A DNA stretch of 64,000 nt from a virus. Taxonomy: Duplodnaviria > Caudoviricetes. Positions 39,473 through 49,000 of this stretch are shown one piece after another; positions within the stretch are counted from its first letter, which is position 1, and each line of letters opens with the position of its first letter. The notes beneath the pieces were generated by a model. It was not told the origin of the DNA, ran no database searches, and saw only the letters and a program-made list of their open reading frames with translations. The position numbers and the translations under genes were made by a program. Location of the stretch: the IMG/VR virus record IMGVR_UViG_3300021387_001157, positions 64,001-128,000 of that record, one strand, 5' to 3'.

Positions 39473-40351
39473 TTAAATTGTTTCTAAAATATTTTTTACA
39501 TAGTCAAGATGTTCTTGAGTCATCTGCTTACCAGCATAATTGACAAGGAGGAATGTCTTGAGGACATCATCGTCAGTCGTTCTGCAATTCATAGTCGCTA
39601 ATGTGAAGCATATAACGAAGCGAAAATCATGTCTAGCAATTAATGACATATCTGAGAAGTACTTACCATTAAGGTCGGGATACTTGTCGTTTACAAACTC
39701 AATAAGAGCATTCAGACGCTGCTTTCCATCCACGATATCGTAGAAAGCAATTTCTTCATCATCGTTTTTCAAAGTTTTCTCAACTTCGTCGTAGGAATGT
39801 TCCCTTAATACAATCTTACCACAGTCGACACCACGATAGATTGACTCAATGAGTTGTTTTTTCTCATCAAGAGACCAACAGAAGTCACGTTGGTAATATT
39901 GCTTTTCACCATCTTTGTTGATAACGTATGGATTCCAATTCAGAAACTTGACTGGCAAGATTCTTCCAGTTTTGGATTTTACTGTCCATTTATTCTCGGG
40001 TCTTTGACCATATTCTCCAATCGTGCTGAGTAAAGAACTGATACAACAAGGTATAAAATTGATTTTGGGAATTTGGATTGTTTTTTCAAATGGATTATAT
40101 CCAACATACAAAGGGTCTTTCTCCAAGTTAGATATATTTAACTCAAAGGTTTCCTCTTTACATATTATAGAACTATCATTGATTTTTACAATACATTTTC
40201 CATTTGAAAAAATTTCTTCGACAATGGCATGTGTTGTCTTATTCTTTTCTTCCCATGGTCTAATCAATTCAAGTGGAAACTTAACGTAGTCGCCAACTTG
40301 TATTGGGGTATCCATATATTCCCTAGCCTCTTTTGATAATTTGTCTGTCAT
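39473..40351 (-). CDS. DUF262 (ParB/Srx-like) domain protein
   Basis: YQRDFCWS...LIESI, IVDGKQRL.A, F..VN..G. Confidence 0.82.
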   Translation of the reverse strand: MTDKLSKEAREYMDTPIQVGDYVKFPLELIRPWEEKNKTTHAIVEEIFSNGKCIVKINDSSIICKEETFELNISNLEKDPLYVGYNPFEKTIQIPKINFIPCCISSLLSTIGEYGQRPENKWTVKSKTGRILPVKFLNWNPYVINKDGEKQYYQRDFCWSLDEKKQLIESIYRGVDCGKIVLREHSYDEVEKTLKNDDEEIAFYDIVDGKQRLNALIEFVNDKYPDLNGKYFSDMSLIARHDFRFVICFTLATMNCRTTDDDVLKTFLLVNYAGKQMTQEHLDYVKNILETI

Positions 40352-40400
40352 AATTTTTTTTTCCTTTTTTTTAAAGATACTATTTTTAATTGAGAAAATA

Positions 40401-40430
40401 AAAAAGGAGGATTTTTTAAATCCTCCTTTT
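40401..40430. terminator. Intrinsic terminator hairpin
   Basis: AAAAGGAGGA-ttttttaaa-TCCTCCTTTT. Confidence 0.7.
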
Positions 40431-40800
40431 AATACGTTTCATCGTTGTCGGTTTCTGTTTCTTCTACTTTTGGTGGCAACTTTATAACGCCCAAAGACCT
40501 TATGAAGTCATACGACCACAGACCGTTGGCAGAAATTGTGCATAAAATGAATTTGATTACAAAATCAAACCAGCTTTTGAAAGAATTAACTTGGAAATCT
40601 GCAAACATTCCTGTTTCGTAGAAGTGCCCCATTAAAAGTGCAAGACCACAACATAATATTGATACGACTAGACTAAGAATTTGTTTCGGTAATTTCTTGT
40701 CTGGAAATTTTTCGTCAAGTTTCAATTTGTTTTTCAACAACTGTGTTAGTGCAATCACCAATGCAGTGACACCGGCAAAACTGAAATCAAGTTCAATCAT
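40429..40800 (-). CDS. Holin-like membrane protein
   Basis: 3 hydrophobic segments, TQLLK, ANGLWSY, acidic tail. Confidence 0.5.
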   Translation of the reverse strand: MIELDFSFAGVTALVIALTQLLKNKLKLDEKFPDKKLPKQILSLVVSILCCGLALLMGHFYETGMFADFQVNSFKSWFDFVIKFILCTISANGLWSYDFIRSLGVIKLPPKVEETETDNDETY

Positions 40801-40821
40801 TGTTTTTTATTTATTGTGTAT

Positions 40822-41046
40822 CTAGAAAAAATTAGACAATCTGCTAAAAATTTTCTTTACCCACAATGGATATAACTCACCGTGTTTATCAATATGTTTC
40901 TTAACACAATCTTCAATTATATTACTTAATATAAATAGTATAGTCCAAAGACATGCAAGGAAAACATATAGTATGATAAACGGTAGTGATACAACTATTA
41001 GCAATATCGTCAAAATTCTAAAGAGTATTACCTTTATCTTATTCAT
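40822..41046 (-). CDS. Small membrane protein
   Basis: Long hydrophobic stretch. Confidence 0.5.
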   Translation of the reverse strand: MNKIKVILFRILTILLIVVSLPFIILYVFLACLWTILFILSNIIEDCVKKHIDKHGELYPLWVKKIFSRLSNFF

Positions 41047-41048
41047 AT

Positions 41049-41309
41049 TTATGGACGTATATATTTTATAATTTTGTCGGTCGTGGATGTCACCACTTCT
41101 ACAATTTCCAATTCAAGATTGATTGGATTCACACGATGTTCTGCATGAAAACATAATGATAAACAGGCAAGTTTTGCACCATTGATATTTTTGAATATTT
41201 TTGCTCTTTTAAAATCACCGAATGAAGAATAATAAAATGTATCAGAACCGTTGTAATAATCCTTTTCTTTAACTCTTCTTATAACATATCTATTTTTAAT
41301 TTCTTCCAT
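41049..41309 (-). CDS. Hypothetical protein
   Basis: 86-aa ORF. Confidence 0.55.
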   Translation of the reverse strand: MEEIKNRYVIRRVKEKDYYNGSDTFYYSSFGDFKRAKIFKNINGAKLACLSLCFHAEHRVNPINLELEIVEVVTSTTDKIIKYIRP

Positions 41310-41550
41310 AACTTAAAGGTTTTGTTCTTGTTATATTGAAGTAATATTTTTCATCGTTATCACCACACTTTGTAACTATTTTTAAAAAATTATCATCTAT
41401 TTTTTTCATTTCTATATATTTATAATGGAGATAAAGATGATACAAGGCATCACCAATATTTTCGAAAAATAATTGGTCTGTAAGTCCGAAAGAATTTATG
41501 TAAACACTTCCGTCTTCATTCGTCCGTTCTAAATATATTATATCATTCAT
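41296..41550 (-). CDS. Hypothetical protein
   Basis: 84-aa ORF. Confidence 0.55.
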   Translation of the reverse strand: MNDIIYLERTNEDGSVYINSFGLTDQLFFENIGDALYHLYLHYKYIEMKKIDDNFLKIVTKCGDNDEKYYFNITRTKPLSYGRN

Positions 41551-42154
41551 CTTCGTCGTTTAAGAAATCACAAATTATTTCATCATTTAGTTCCCAATTG
41601 TGTATCTTACCATTTTCGTCTATGTTTATTATGATATAGTCACCATATCCACTATCTTCTATCGACAAGAAGTCTGGGACATAACACCAATGTACTTCTC
41701 TGAGTAGATTTCCACCGAGTCCGAAAAATGAAATATCATTCTCATCACAAGATTTATAATGCACTTGTGCAGTCATGCCAGTTGGCCAGTTTTTAATCAC
41801 TCCGGTCTTTGCATCAATGTCTATTGTCCAAAACACTTCATCTTTATTTACCTTTTCAATGAAAGGCATTCGTGGATTGTTTTCGTCATCATCCTCACCA
41901 TTGATGGTTGTATCTCCAACATATCTTATATTTGAATGTAATCTGATGAATCCGATTTCTGACATGTGTGGGATATATTTATTTTTTTCATCGTCTTTTC
42001 TATTAATATATTCGTCTGGTGTTTCGAAATATTTTGGAGACACACACCATCCTGAGTCTTTTAGGACTTTTATTTCTTTATTGTTCGATAAAAAGGTGTC
42101 AAGGTCATCTTTTGTCGTACATTCGGCAATAATTGTTATAATTTTTTCATTCAT
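41543..42154 (-). CDS. Conserved Bacteroidales-phage protein
   Basis: W.IDID..TG.I.NW..G..A.VHYK.CD...YVP..L.....GYGDYII..ID..G.I..W pattern. Confidence 0.7.
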   Translation of the reverse strand: MNEKIITIIAECTTKDDLDTFLSNNKEIKVLKDSGWCVSPKYFETPDEYINRKDDEKNKYIPHMSEIGFIRLHSNIRYVGDTTINGEDDDENNPRMPFIEKVNKDEVFWTIDIDAKTGVIKNWPTGMTAQVHYKSCDENDISFFGLGGNLLREVHWCYVPDFLSIEDSGYGDYIIINIDENGKIHNWELNDEIICDFLNDEDE

Positions 42155-42168
42155 GTTTTACTGTTTAT

Positions 42169-42384
42169 TTATTCTTCATTAAATTTTTCTGAAAATCCAA
42201 CTTTTTCGGCATCGATAGTTTCGATTGAAATAATTGGATAATAACCATTTAATTTTTCCCAATATACTTTTTCAGCTTCTGAGAAATTTGGTGCAAGTAC
42301 AATATATGTATCACAATCACAATAATTACTACCCTTTGTTGTAATTCTAAACGCTCTGTTAAAATTTTTATATGTTTTTTCCAT
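42169..42384 (-). CDS. Hypothetical protein
   Basis: Likely start MEKTYK at 42384, downstream of a class III motif. Confidence 0.55.
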   Translation of the reverse strand: MEKTYKNFNRAFRITTKGSNYCDCDTYIVLAPNFSEAEKVYWEKLNGYYPIISIETIDAEKVGFSEKFNEE

Positions 42385-42411
42385 TATTATAAATTTTTTA
42401 TATCTATATAC

Positions 42412-42424
42412 TAAATATAACAAA
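42412..42424 (-). promoter_or_regulatory. Class III upstream motif TTTGTTATATTTA (copy 1 of 4)
   Basis: TAAATATAACAAA on + strand at 42412, 46027, 57525, 62231; all intergenic and upstream of minus-strand genes. Confidence 0.65.
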
Positions 42425-42458
42425 AAAGTTGGTGAAATTTTAATCTCACCAACTTTTT
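42423..42458. terminator. Intrinsic terminator hairpin
   Basis: AAAAAGTTGGTGA...TCACCAACTTTTT. Confidence 0.75.
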
Positions 42459-42513
42459 ATTTTTCTTTAATATTCAAGATTCAATATTAGAAAGACTATT
42501 TTTTTTCAAAATA

Positions 42514-43536
42514 TCAAATGAGTTTTTTACATTTCTGTGTATATTCCTCATCCATAGAGATAAAATTATATCTGTCAGACTTGAAAACCTCATCTCTCAA
42601 CACAATAGGGGAATGTGATATGATTATTATCTGTTTTCCATATTTGTCAAGCAATTTCGGAAGAATGTTGGTATACAGTTCGTTGATGTTGAGAATATCC
42701 ATTGACTTATCAATCTCATCAAACAGATATGTATTCTGACCGTTTGGGTCAAAAGCCATAGGAAAAGATTTGAAGTACTCTTCTTGTGCAAGAAAGCAAT
42801 TTTTCCAACATTCATTCGAGTGTAGATATTTTCGATTAGGTTCCAAAATCTCCTTGTATGTTATGGTCTTTGACATAAATTTCATCAACTTTGAAAACTG
42901 ATAAAACATTTTCTGACCGGATGAATTTCTGTTCCTATCAATAATGTACATCATCTCTTCACCAATATTATCTATGATTGAACCAGTTAGGTCTCCGATA
43001 TATCCATAATTTTGTCGATTTTCGAAATTGTGGTAATAAATTGGACTGCCATCCCAATCGACTTTGGATGACGTGTCACTCATTCTTAGTATTATTCCCG
43101 CTATATTTTTTTTATATGATTCTAAAGAATTATCTTCATCAAACCCAACTCTAAAATTGGTTGGTTTTTGAAACGAAGAAAACCCATCCGTGCATAAGGC
43201 GTGTGAGGCAATAGACTTTAATATGGTAGATTTACCGGAAGCGTTTGGTCCGAAGATTAGGTTTATTTTGTCAGAAGAAAATTCGAATTTACGACCAATG
43301 AGAAGTTCTGAACACTTGACCTTGTATTGGTCTTTGTGTTTTTTATAGAACTTCATATCTTCTTTATATATTTCCATAGATTTTGAAAATTTTTCTTCAT
43401 CAAGAATCCGCTGGTTTTTTTCGTCATATTTAATGTACCGATAATCATTCTTATTCGGTTTTTCTGGTTTATCGGCGGTTGTATATTTTTCACCTATATA
43501 ACCCTTTTCTCCGTCAAATAATATACTCTTAATCAT
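42514..43536 (-). CDS. ABC-type/AAA_21-like soluble ATPase
   Basis: GPNASGKS, SSGQ signature, YLFDEID, IIISHS. Confidence 0.8.
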   Translation of the reverse strand: MIKSILFDGEKGYIGEKYTTADKPEKPNKNDYRYIKYDEKNQRILDEEKFSKSMEIYKEDMKFYKKHKDQYKVKCSELLIGRKFEFSSDKINLIFGPNASGKSTILKSIASHALCTDGFSSFQKPTNFRVGFDEDNSLESYKKNIAGIILRMSDTSSKVDWDGSPIYYHNFENRQNYGYIGDLTGSIIDNIGEEMMYIIDRNRNSSGQKMFYQFSKLMKFMSKTITYKEILEPNRKYLHSNECWKNCFLAQEEYFKSFPMAFDPNGQNTYLFDEIDKSMDILNINELYTNILPKLLDKYGKQIIIISHSPIVLRDEVFKSDRYNFISMDEEYTQKCKKLI

Positions 43537-43808
43537 CTTCTTCCGTGTTTTATTCCTTTTTCTTTTTTTCTTTTTTTCTTGGCTCTATCAACCTTATATT
43601 TCGCCATATTACCCTTTGTGGTATCCTTATATATGATGTTTGGGACAACTGATGATAAGAAAGAAGATACTTGTGAGTTTTCATTATAATCCTCACATGT
43701 CTCTGCATCCATATTGTCTGTATGTCCAGCATTGCACCACCATCTACCAAGGTTTATCTGACATCCGTAATTTGAGCACTTACTGCAACGTTTTTCGTTA
43801 TCTTCCAT
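43533..43808 (-). CDS. Small Cys-rich protein
   Basis: CxxC...C...C...C, basic tail. Confidence 0.55.
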   Translation of the reverse strand: MEDNEKRCSKCSNYGCQINLGRWWCNAGHTDNMDAETCEDYNENSQVSSFLSSVVPNIIYKDTTKGNMAKYKVDRAKKKRKKEKGIKHGRR

Positions 43809-44178
43809 CTTTTATTATTTTTATTGCTATCGTGTTTGGATGTATTCCGAAAATTTCCTTATTCACGTTACACAACCATATTGTATTTGTCTTAAATACG
43901 TATTTTGATTTTACGATATTGTATGTTGCACCAACATCATCCTCATCAATCTTATTGATGAGGATGTCAAAATTGTTGACCATAGAGTCATAGACTTTTT
44001 CTACAACATCTTCGTATACTATATCTAGATACACGTAACAATCATTTTCGGTGATTTTTAAAATTTCATCAAGTAGTTTGTCAGAACCATCAACCATCTG
44101 CATTTCAAGAATACGGTCGATTGAACATAGGTTATCAACGAACCAATGACCACAAACTTTTACAAACTTAATTCTCAT
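43798..44178 (-). CDS. Conserved hypothetical protein (DUF6717-like)
   Basis: WFVD...MV.G.D.LLD...GATY...IWLC.V...FG..P. Confidence 0.55.
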   Translation of the reverse strand: MRIKFVKVCGHWFVDNLCSIDRILEMQMVDGSDKLLDEILKITENDCYVYLDIVYEDVVEKVYDSMVNNFDILINKIDEDDVGATYNIVKSKYVFKTNTIWLCNVNKEIFGIHPNTIAIKIIKDGR

Positions 44179-45008
44179 TGTGGTATCATTTTCATTAATT
44201 CGTTTTTACCATCCATTTCAGACAATATTGGCATAGGAAATGGTTCCCAAAACATTCTCATGGTTGTATCTACACCATCTTTCACGAACTGTTCTGGAAT
44301 CTTTACTTCTTTCTCAATCTTTTTGATAAGTCTACCGAATTTGACTTCAGGTTCGAAGTCGTTCCAGTCAACTCCCTTTTCGTTTTTCAACATTTCAACC
44401 TGTTTGTCTGAATCAACACCGATGAGTTTGTTGTGTGACAACCAAGTCTGTGCTGTCTGCTGCTTCGAGTTACGGATACAGTCGAGCTGCCTGTAGAGGA
44501 ACCAAGCAAAAACGTCGTTGGCTGTAGGAACGTTCCACACCTTGCAATCGAACTGGAATGGTTTCATTGAAAGTATCTGATTTGACAAATTATCGAATTC
44601 TTTCTTCCAATCTTTTTCCACGTCACCTTCTGTACTCTTCATAATATTCTGTGAGAGAAACAACTGATTGAATCTACCGGTTGCAAGTGAAGCGGCAATC
44701 GACAACAATTTTGTCTGTCTCAATCCGAAAAATGAACCAGATGTCGGTTCGTCTTTGATATATAACGAGATTTCGTCTGACTGGACATAGGCGAACTGAA
44801 CACCAGGAATGTTCTCACACAAATACTGTGCAGTTAGGTTCATCAACCCAACAAATATAGGGTCGAATGGAAGTTTGAACCTTTTTTTAATTACTTTTGA
44901 AAATGACCTGCCGTCAAGCATCATAATGATGTGACCATTTGGCATTAAAGAGTGTTCTCCTCCTTTACGATAGTAAAGGCACTTGTCTGCTAATGAATCG
45001 AAAATCAT
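44175..45008 (-). CDS. tRNA(His) guanylyltransferase Thg1-like protein
   Basis: LDGRSFS, YVQSDEISL, K..SI.AS, FDCK, RQLDCIRNS....A, KFG. Confidence 0.9.
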   Translation of the reverse strand: MIFDSLADKCLYYRKGGEHSLMPNGHIIMMLDGRSFSKVIKKRFKLPFDPIFVGLMNLTAQYLCENIPGVQFAYVQSDEISLYIKDEPTSGSFFGLRQTKLLSIAASLATGRFNQLFLSQNIMKSTEGDVEKDWKKEFDNLSNQILSMKPFQFDCKVWNVPTANDVFAWFLYRQLDCIRNSKQQTAQTWLSHNKLIGVDSDKQVEMLKNEKGVDWNDFEPEVKFGRLIKKIEKEVKIPEQFVKDGVDTTMRMFWEPFPMPILSEMDGKNELMKMIPQ

Positions 45009-45171
45009 ATCTTAATTTTTTATTTTTAATTCTATTCCGTACTTGTTACAACATTCATTAATGATATTAATAATCAACTATTTGTGATTTCCAACATAAT
45101 TGAGTTTATCGACATCAATGATGAACCTGTCGATACATATTATATGTTTCTTGTTATGTTTTTTATTCCAC

Positions 45172-45567
45172 TTACCACCTTCTATTGTAAATCTTGTTAT
45201 ACCAATTCATACCAAACCGTCCAAACCAACTTTTCTGTGAAAGATAGTATTTTCCTGTGAATACCCATTTCAATGGAAGACATATAAAACATTCTATTAT
45301 GTAAAAAACCAAAAATAACGGGAACGTAAGTCTCCATCCGAAATTTCCGGATGTTTCTTCTTCTTCCCAAGCATATGCTAAAAACGGCATATCCAAGTTT
45401 CCACGAATTCCACCGTTTCCGAATTCCTCAGTTAGTTTTCTTTTCTGCCACTCTTCCAACCCCTTTTTTCCACAATTTGCCTTTTTCAATGCTTTGTCAA
45501 TCAAATTGACTGTTTCAAAACCACTCAAAAGGCGGTATCTGTCTCCGAGATTTCTTACTAATTTCAT
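45172..45567 (-). CDS. Hypothetical membrane-associated protein
   Basis: WRLTFPLF...LPLKWVFTG. Confidence 0.6.
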   Translation of the reverse strand: MKLVRNLGDRYRLLSGFETVNLIDKALKKANCGKKGLEEWQKRKLTEEFGNGGIRGNLDMPFLAYAWEEEETSGNFGWRLTFPLFLVFYIIECFICLPLKWVFTGKYYLSQKSWFGRFGMNWYNKIYNRRW

Positions 45568-45569
45568 AA

Positions 45570-45977
45570 TTACATCATATATTTTTGATAAAAAATTTTA
45601 TAATCAATTTGTTTTTTCACCACACTTCCTTTATCTTCTATGATGGAAAATTCAAAATCATAGATTTTTTCATCCTTGATGTTATAGTTAATGTCTTTGA
45701 GTTGGTTGTCCAAATCTATTCCACATTTTCCAATCATAAAACCGGGTCTTATCACATATACAAAAATCGTTTTTCCCAAAACAATGATGTCTGTGATTTG
45801 GGGTGCCATCTTTCTTTTTGTCCAATATTTTGATATTTTTGATATTACATAATCAAATTCTTCTTTATTTTGAAGTTTTTTTCCAAGATACCACCAAATA
45901 GACGAGGTTATATTTTTTCCTCTTTGTCTATCTTTCAAACGGGTTTCGACAATTTTGATGAGTATTTTTTTAAACAT
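45570..45977 (-). CDS. Hypothetical protein with KH-like RPG..IGK.G motif
   Basis: IRPGFMIGKCG resembles the type II KH GxxG loop. Confidence 0.5.
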   Translation of the reverse strand: MFKKILIKIVETRLKDRQRGKNITSSIWWYLGKKLQNKEEFDYVISKISKYWTKRKMAPQITDIIVLGKTIFVYVIRPGFMIGKCGIDLDNQLKDINYNIKDEKIYDFEFSIIEDKGSVVKKQIDYKIFYQKYMM

Positions 45978-46036
45978 AATCTAATATTTTTTAAAAAGAT
46001 ACTATTTTTTTGTGAAACTTACAAATTAAATATAAC

Positions 46037-46066
46037 AAAAAATCCACCCCTTCCGGAGTGGATTTT
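46037..46066 (-). terminator. Intrinsic terminator after the giant gene
   Basis: AAAATCCAC...GTGGATTTT hairpin followed by a T-run on the minus strand. Confidence 0.65.
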
Positions 46067-46085
46067 CGAAAAATGATTTTATTTT

Positions 46086-49000
46086 TTAGAATGTAAATGT
46101 GTCTGTAGATGTTGTTGCCCCATCAACTCTAACAACATCACCACTATTGAATGTTCTCGATGTGAACAAGGCGATATGGTCTGTCACATTAACCGTTTCC
46201 ATCAATGTACCATTGACATATAATTTTGCCGAACTTCCATCGTTTGTGTAGCATTTTATAACCCTGTCGGTTGTTTTGGTGTAGTCTTTACCACATATAT
46301 GGATAAACTTGTCAGTATTGTTCCACTCGGCCTTGTAAAGATAGAACGTGTCTTTCTTCGTAACATGGTCTCTTTCTACAAGACCCTTGTTGTTCAATCT
46401 CCTCAAACTATCATCTGTTGATACGGTTTCACCGTCAAGACATACCGTGTAACCTTCATTTCTGTTGGCGACGGCAATGTCAAACAACTGCCATTCTGCT
46501 GTGAAGAGCAATTGTGGGAAGTTCCTGATGGCGGCAAGTTGTCCCTCATGCAACCACATTTGATATTCAATGTCGTGTCTTTCGTGATTACCTCTTGTTG
46601 TTGTATTCAAAAAGGCATCCGAATGACAATGTTGAGTACCACCACAACCATATTCAGAATATGCAAACGGTTTACTTATTCTATTGACCGTGTTGTTAAT
46701 ACGTGAGTTTAGTCGAGTTGTTGGATTGTTTGAGTTTGTATCAATATACCAACCGGTATAAATATTTCCGCCAAACCAATCAACACCACTTGGGTCATTA
46801 TAGTAACCACTTGGGTTATCATAGCTGTGACTCATAACATAACCAACCAAACGTTCAGAATCGAGACTCTTTATGATTGATGCATAATTCTCAATCTTTG
46901 CTTTTGCAAAAGTCTTGTCATCGGTCGTTGTCTCATTCGACAATCCCCAGAACATAATGCAAGGGTGATTATAGTGTTGGTTGACCATATCTCTATATTG
47001 TCCTTCCAAGTGTGTGTAGTAGTCTTCTGGCATTGTTGATTGCATCTTGTTGACACATGGAACCTCTGTTTGTACAATTATACCCAATCTGTCACACCAG
47101 TCATATACCTCTTTCGGGTGTGGGTAGTGTGCAAGACGGATGAAGTTACATCCGAGTTCATGTATGATTGCAAATTCTTGTGTATAATCTGCTGCATTCA
47201 AAGCGTTTGCTTTACCATCCAAGTCATCGTGCATACATACACCTCTCAAATAATATGGTTGTCCGTTTAGCAAGAAACCTGTGTATGGGTTGTTGTTCAC
47301 TAAAACATTCTCATCGTTTATCACATAACTATAATATCTCAATCCGTAATCTCTCTGGAATCTATGATACAAGGTTCCATTCTTACTTATTTCCAAAGTT
47401 ATAGTGTACATGTGTGGGTCAGAAATACCATTCCACAAGTGTGGATTTTGAATGGTCGTATAGAATGTCATCTCTTCACCATCACTAATTTTCGTATCAC
47501 TCCAGTTATATGTTCCGTCATCGATTGTGCATACAACTGATGAACCCGATGGGATGGTTGTATTGACATAGACTGTGGCCGATGAAGATGTCACGTTAGA
47601 TGTCACATGGAATCCGTCATAACCATATTTTGTTGCTGGAAGACAAGGAGATGTTAGTAGTTTCACATTACCGAGTGTGGCGTTGAAGTTAAAGTCTCCT
47701 GCCGCCGGTGCTAGTGTGCTTCTTGTCTGGTTACAGAGAGCAACCTTGATGTTATTTGTTCCTTGATGGACATAGTTTGATATGTCCGAGAAGAAAGCGT
47801 TATAACCACCCCAATGAGTATCCACCTTTACGTTATCTACATATATGTCAGCAGATTGGTCTGCATGTTGGAACCATAGATACGTTGGTTGTGCTTCCCT
47901 CAAAGCAAAACTTGTTTCGAAATTGAATGTACCTTTTGCATAAGATGACGAATGACCGTCAATCTGGTTTACGGAATATGGTGTCGTTATCATATTGCCG
48001 TTATAAGTCCAAGAATCAAGTATTCTATTTGATGCTTCTATTGGGACATTTGAAACATATACACATTTTTTCAAAGTTACCGTACTTGTGTTTCCACCGA
48101 ATGTTGAATATGCCTCAATTATTGTCGTTGTATTAATTGTTATTGGTGAATTATACACAGAATAATTTCCTGTATTGTTCAACCTATAATAGATAGTTGC
48201 ATCTTGTGTTACACAAGTTATTGTAATTGTGTCAAATCCGTCATAAGAGATAACCGGTGATACAACTGCTGAATCGTTCTGTGTCACCCATCCAGATGGA
48301 ATACCACTTAGACCAGTATCCCATGTTGTGTTACCGTCCTTTACAAATGTACCGGTTGCCGATACGTCTTTTGTCCAGTTCTGTAAACAGTTCGTTGCTG
48401 ACCTATTTGTTGCAAGACATTTGATAAAGTTAAGGTTTGAACATCCTGTGAACATACTACCATAACAATATTGTGCAAGTGATGTTGCAGGAAGTTCTGG
48501 TGCAGTAGTGATTGCAGTTTTTTCAAACATATAGTAATAGCAATACTGTTCAAGGGTTGTTGCTGGCAATTTTGGTGGTGTTGTTAATGACGATGCAAAA
48601 CTAAACATAGCACGATAACAACTTCCTTTTAATGTCGTTGCTGGCAATATGAGATTTTCTGCCGATATTACGTTTGACATTTTAAATATAGAACAGAAAA
48701 TATAGGAATAATTAGGAAGTGTATCATTTCCTATGAAATTATCACCATATAACAAACTATGTATATTACCCTCTATATCAAATGTTGCAGTACCACCTTG
48801 AAATCCCGAATAATTACTCTTGTCTTTGGCGTAGGACGACTCGGTACCCTTAAATCTCACAACATCATTTTGACTTACATTTATTGAAGATGAACTACTT
48901 GCTAACAATGAAGTCCACTCTCCATCGTTTATACTATATTGGATTGTTTTTGCAAAACCAGAACCTATTGAGTTCCAAATGATAGTACCACCAGTCAATA

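Noticed and set aside
42489-42503. Tenth class II motif (AGAAAGACTATTTT)
   Set aside because: Lacks two core bases and lies upstream of a terminator rather than next to an ATG
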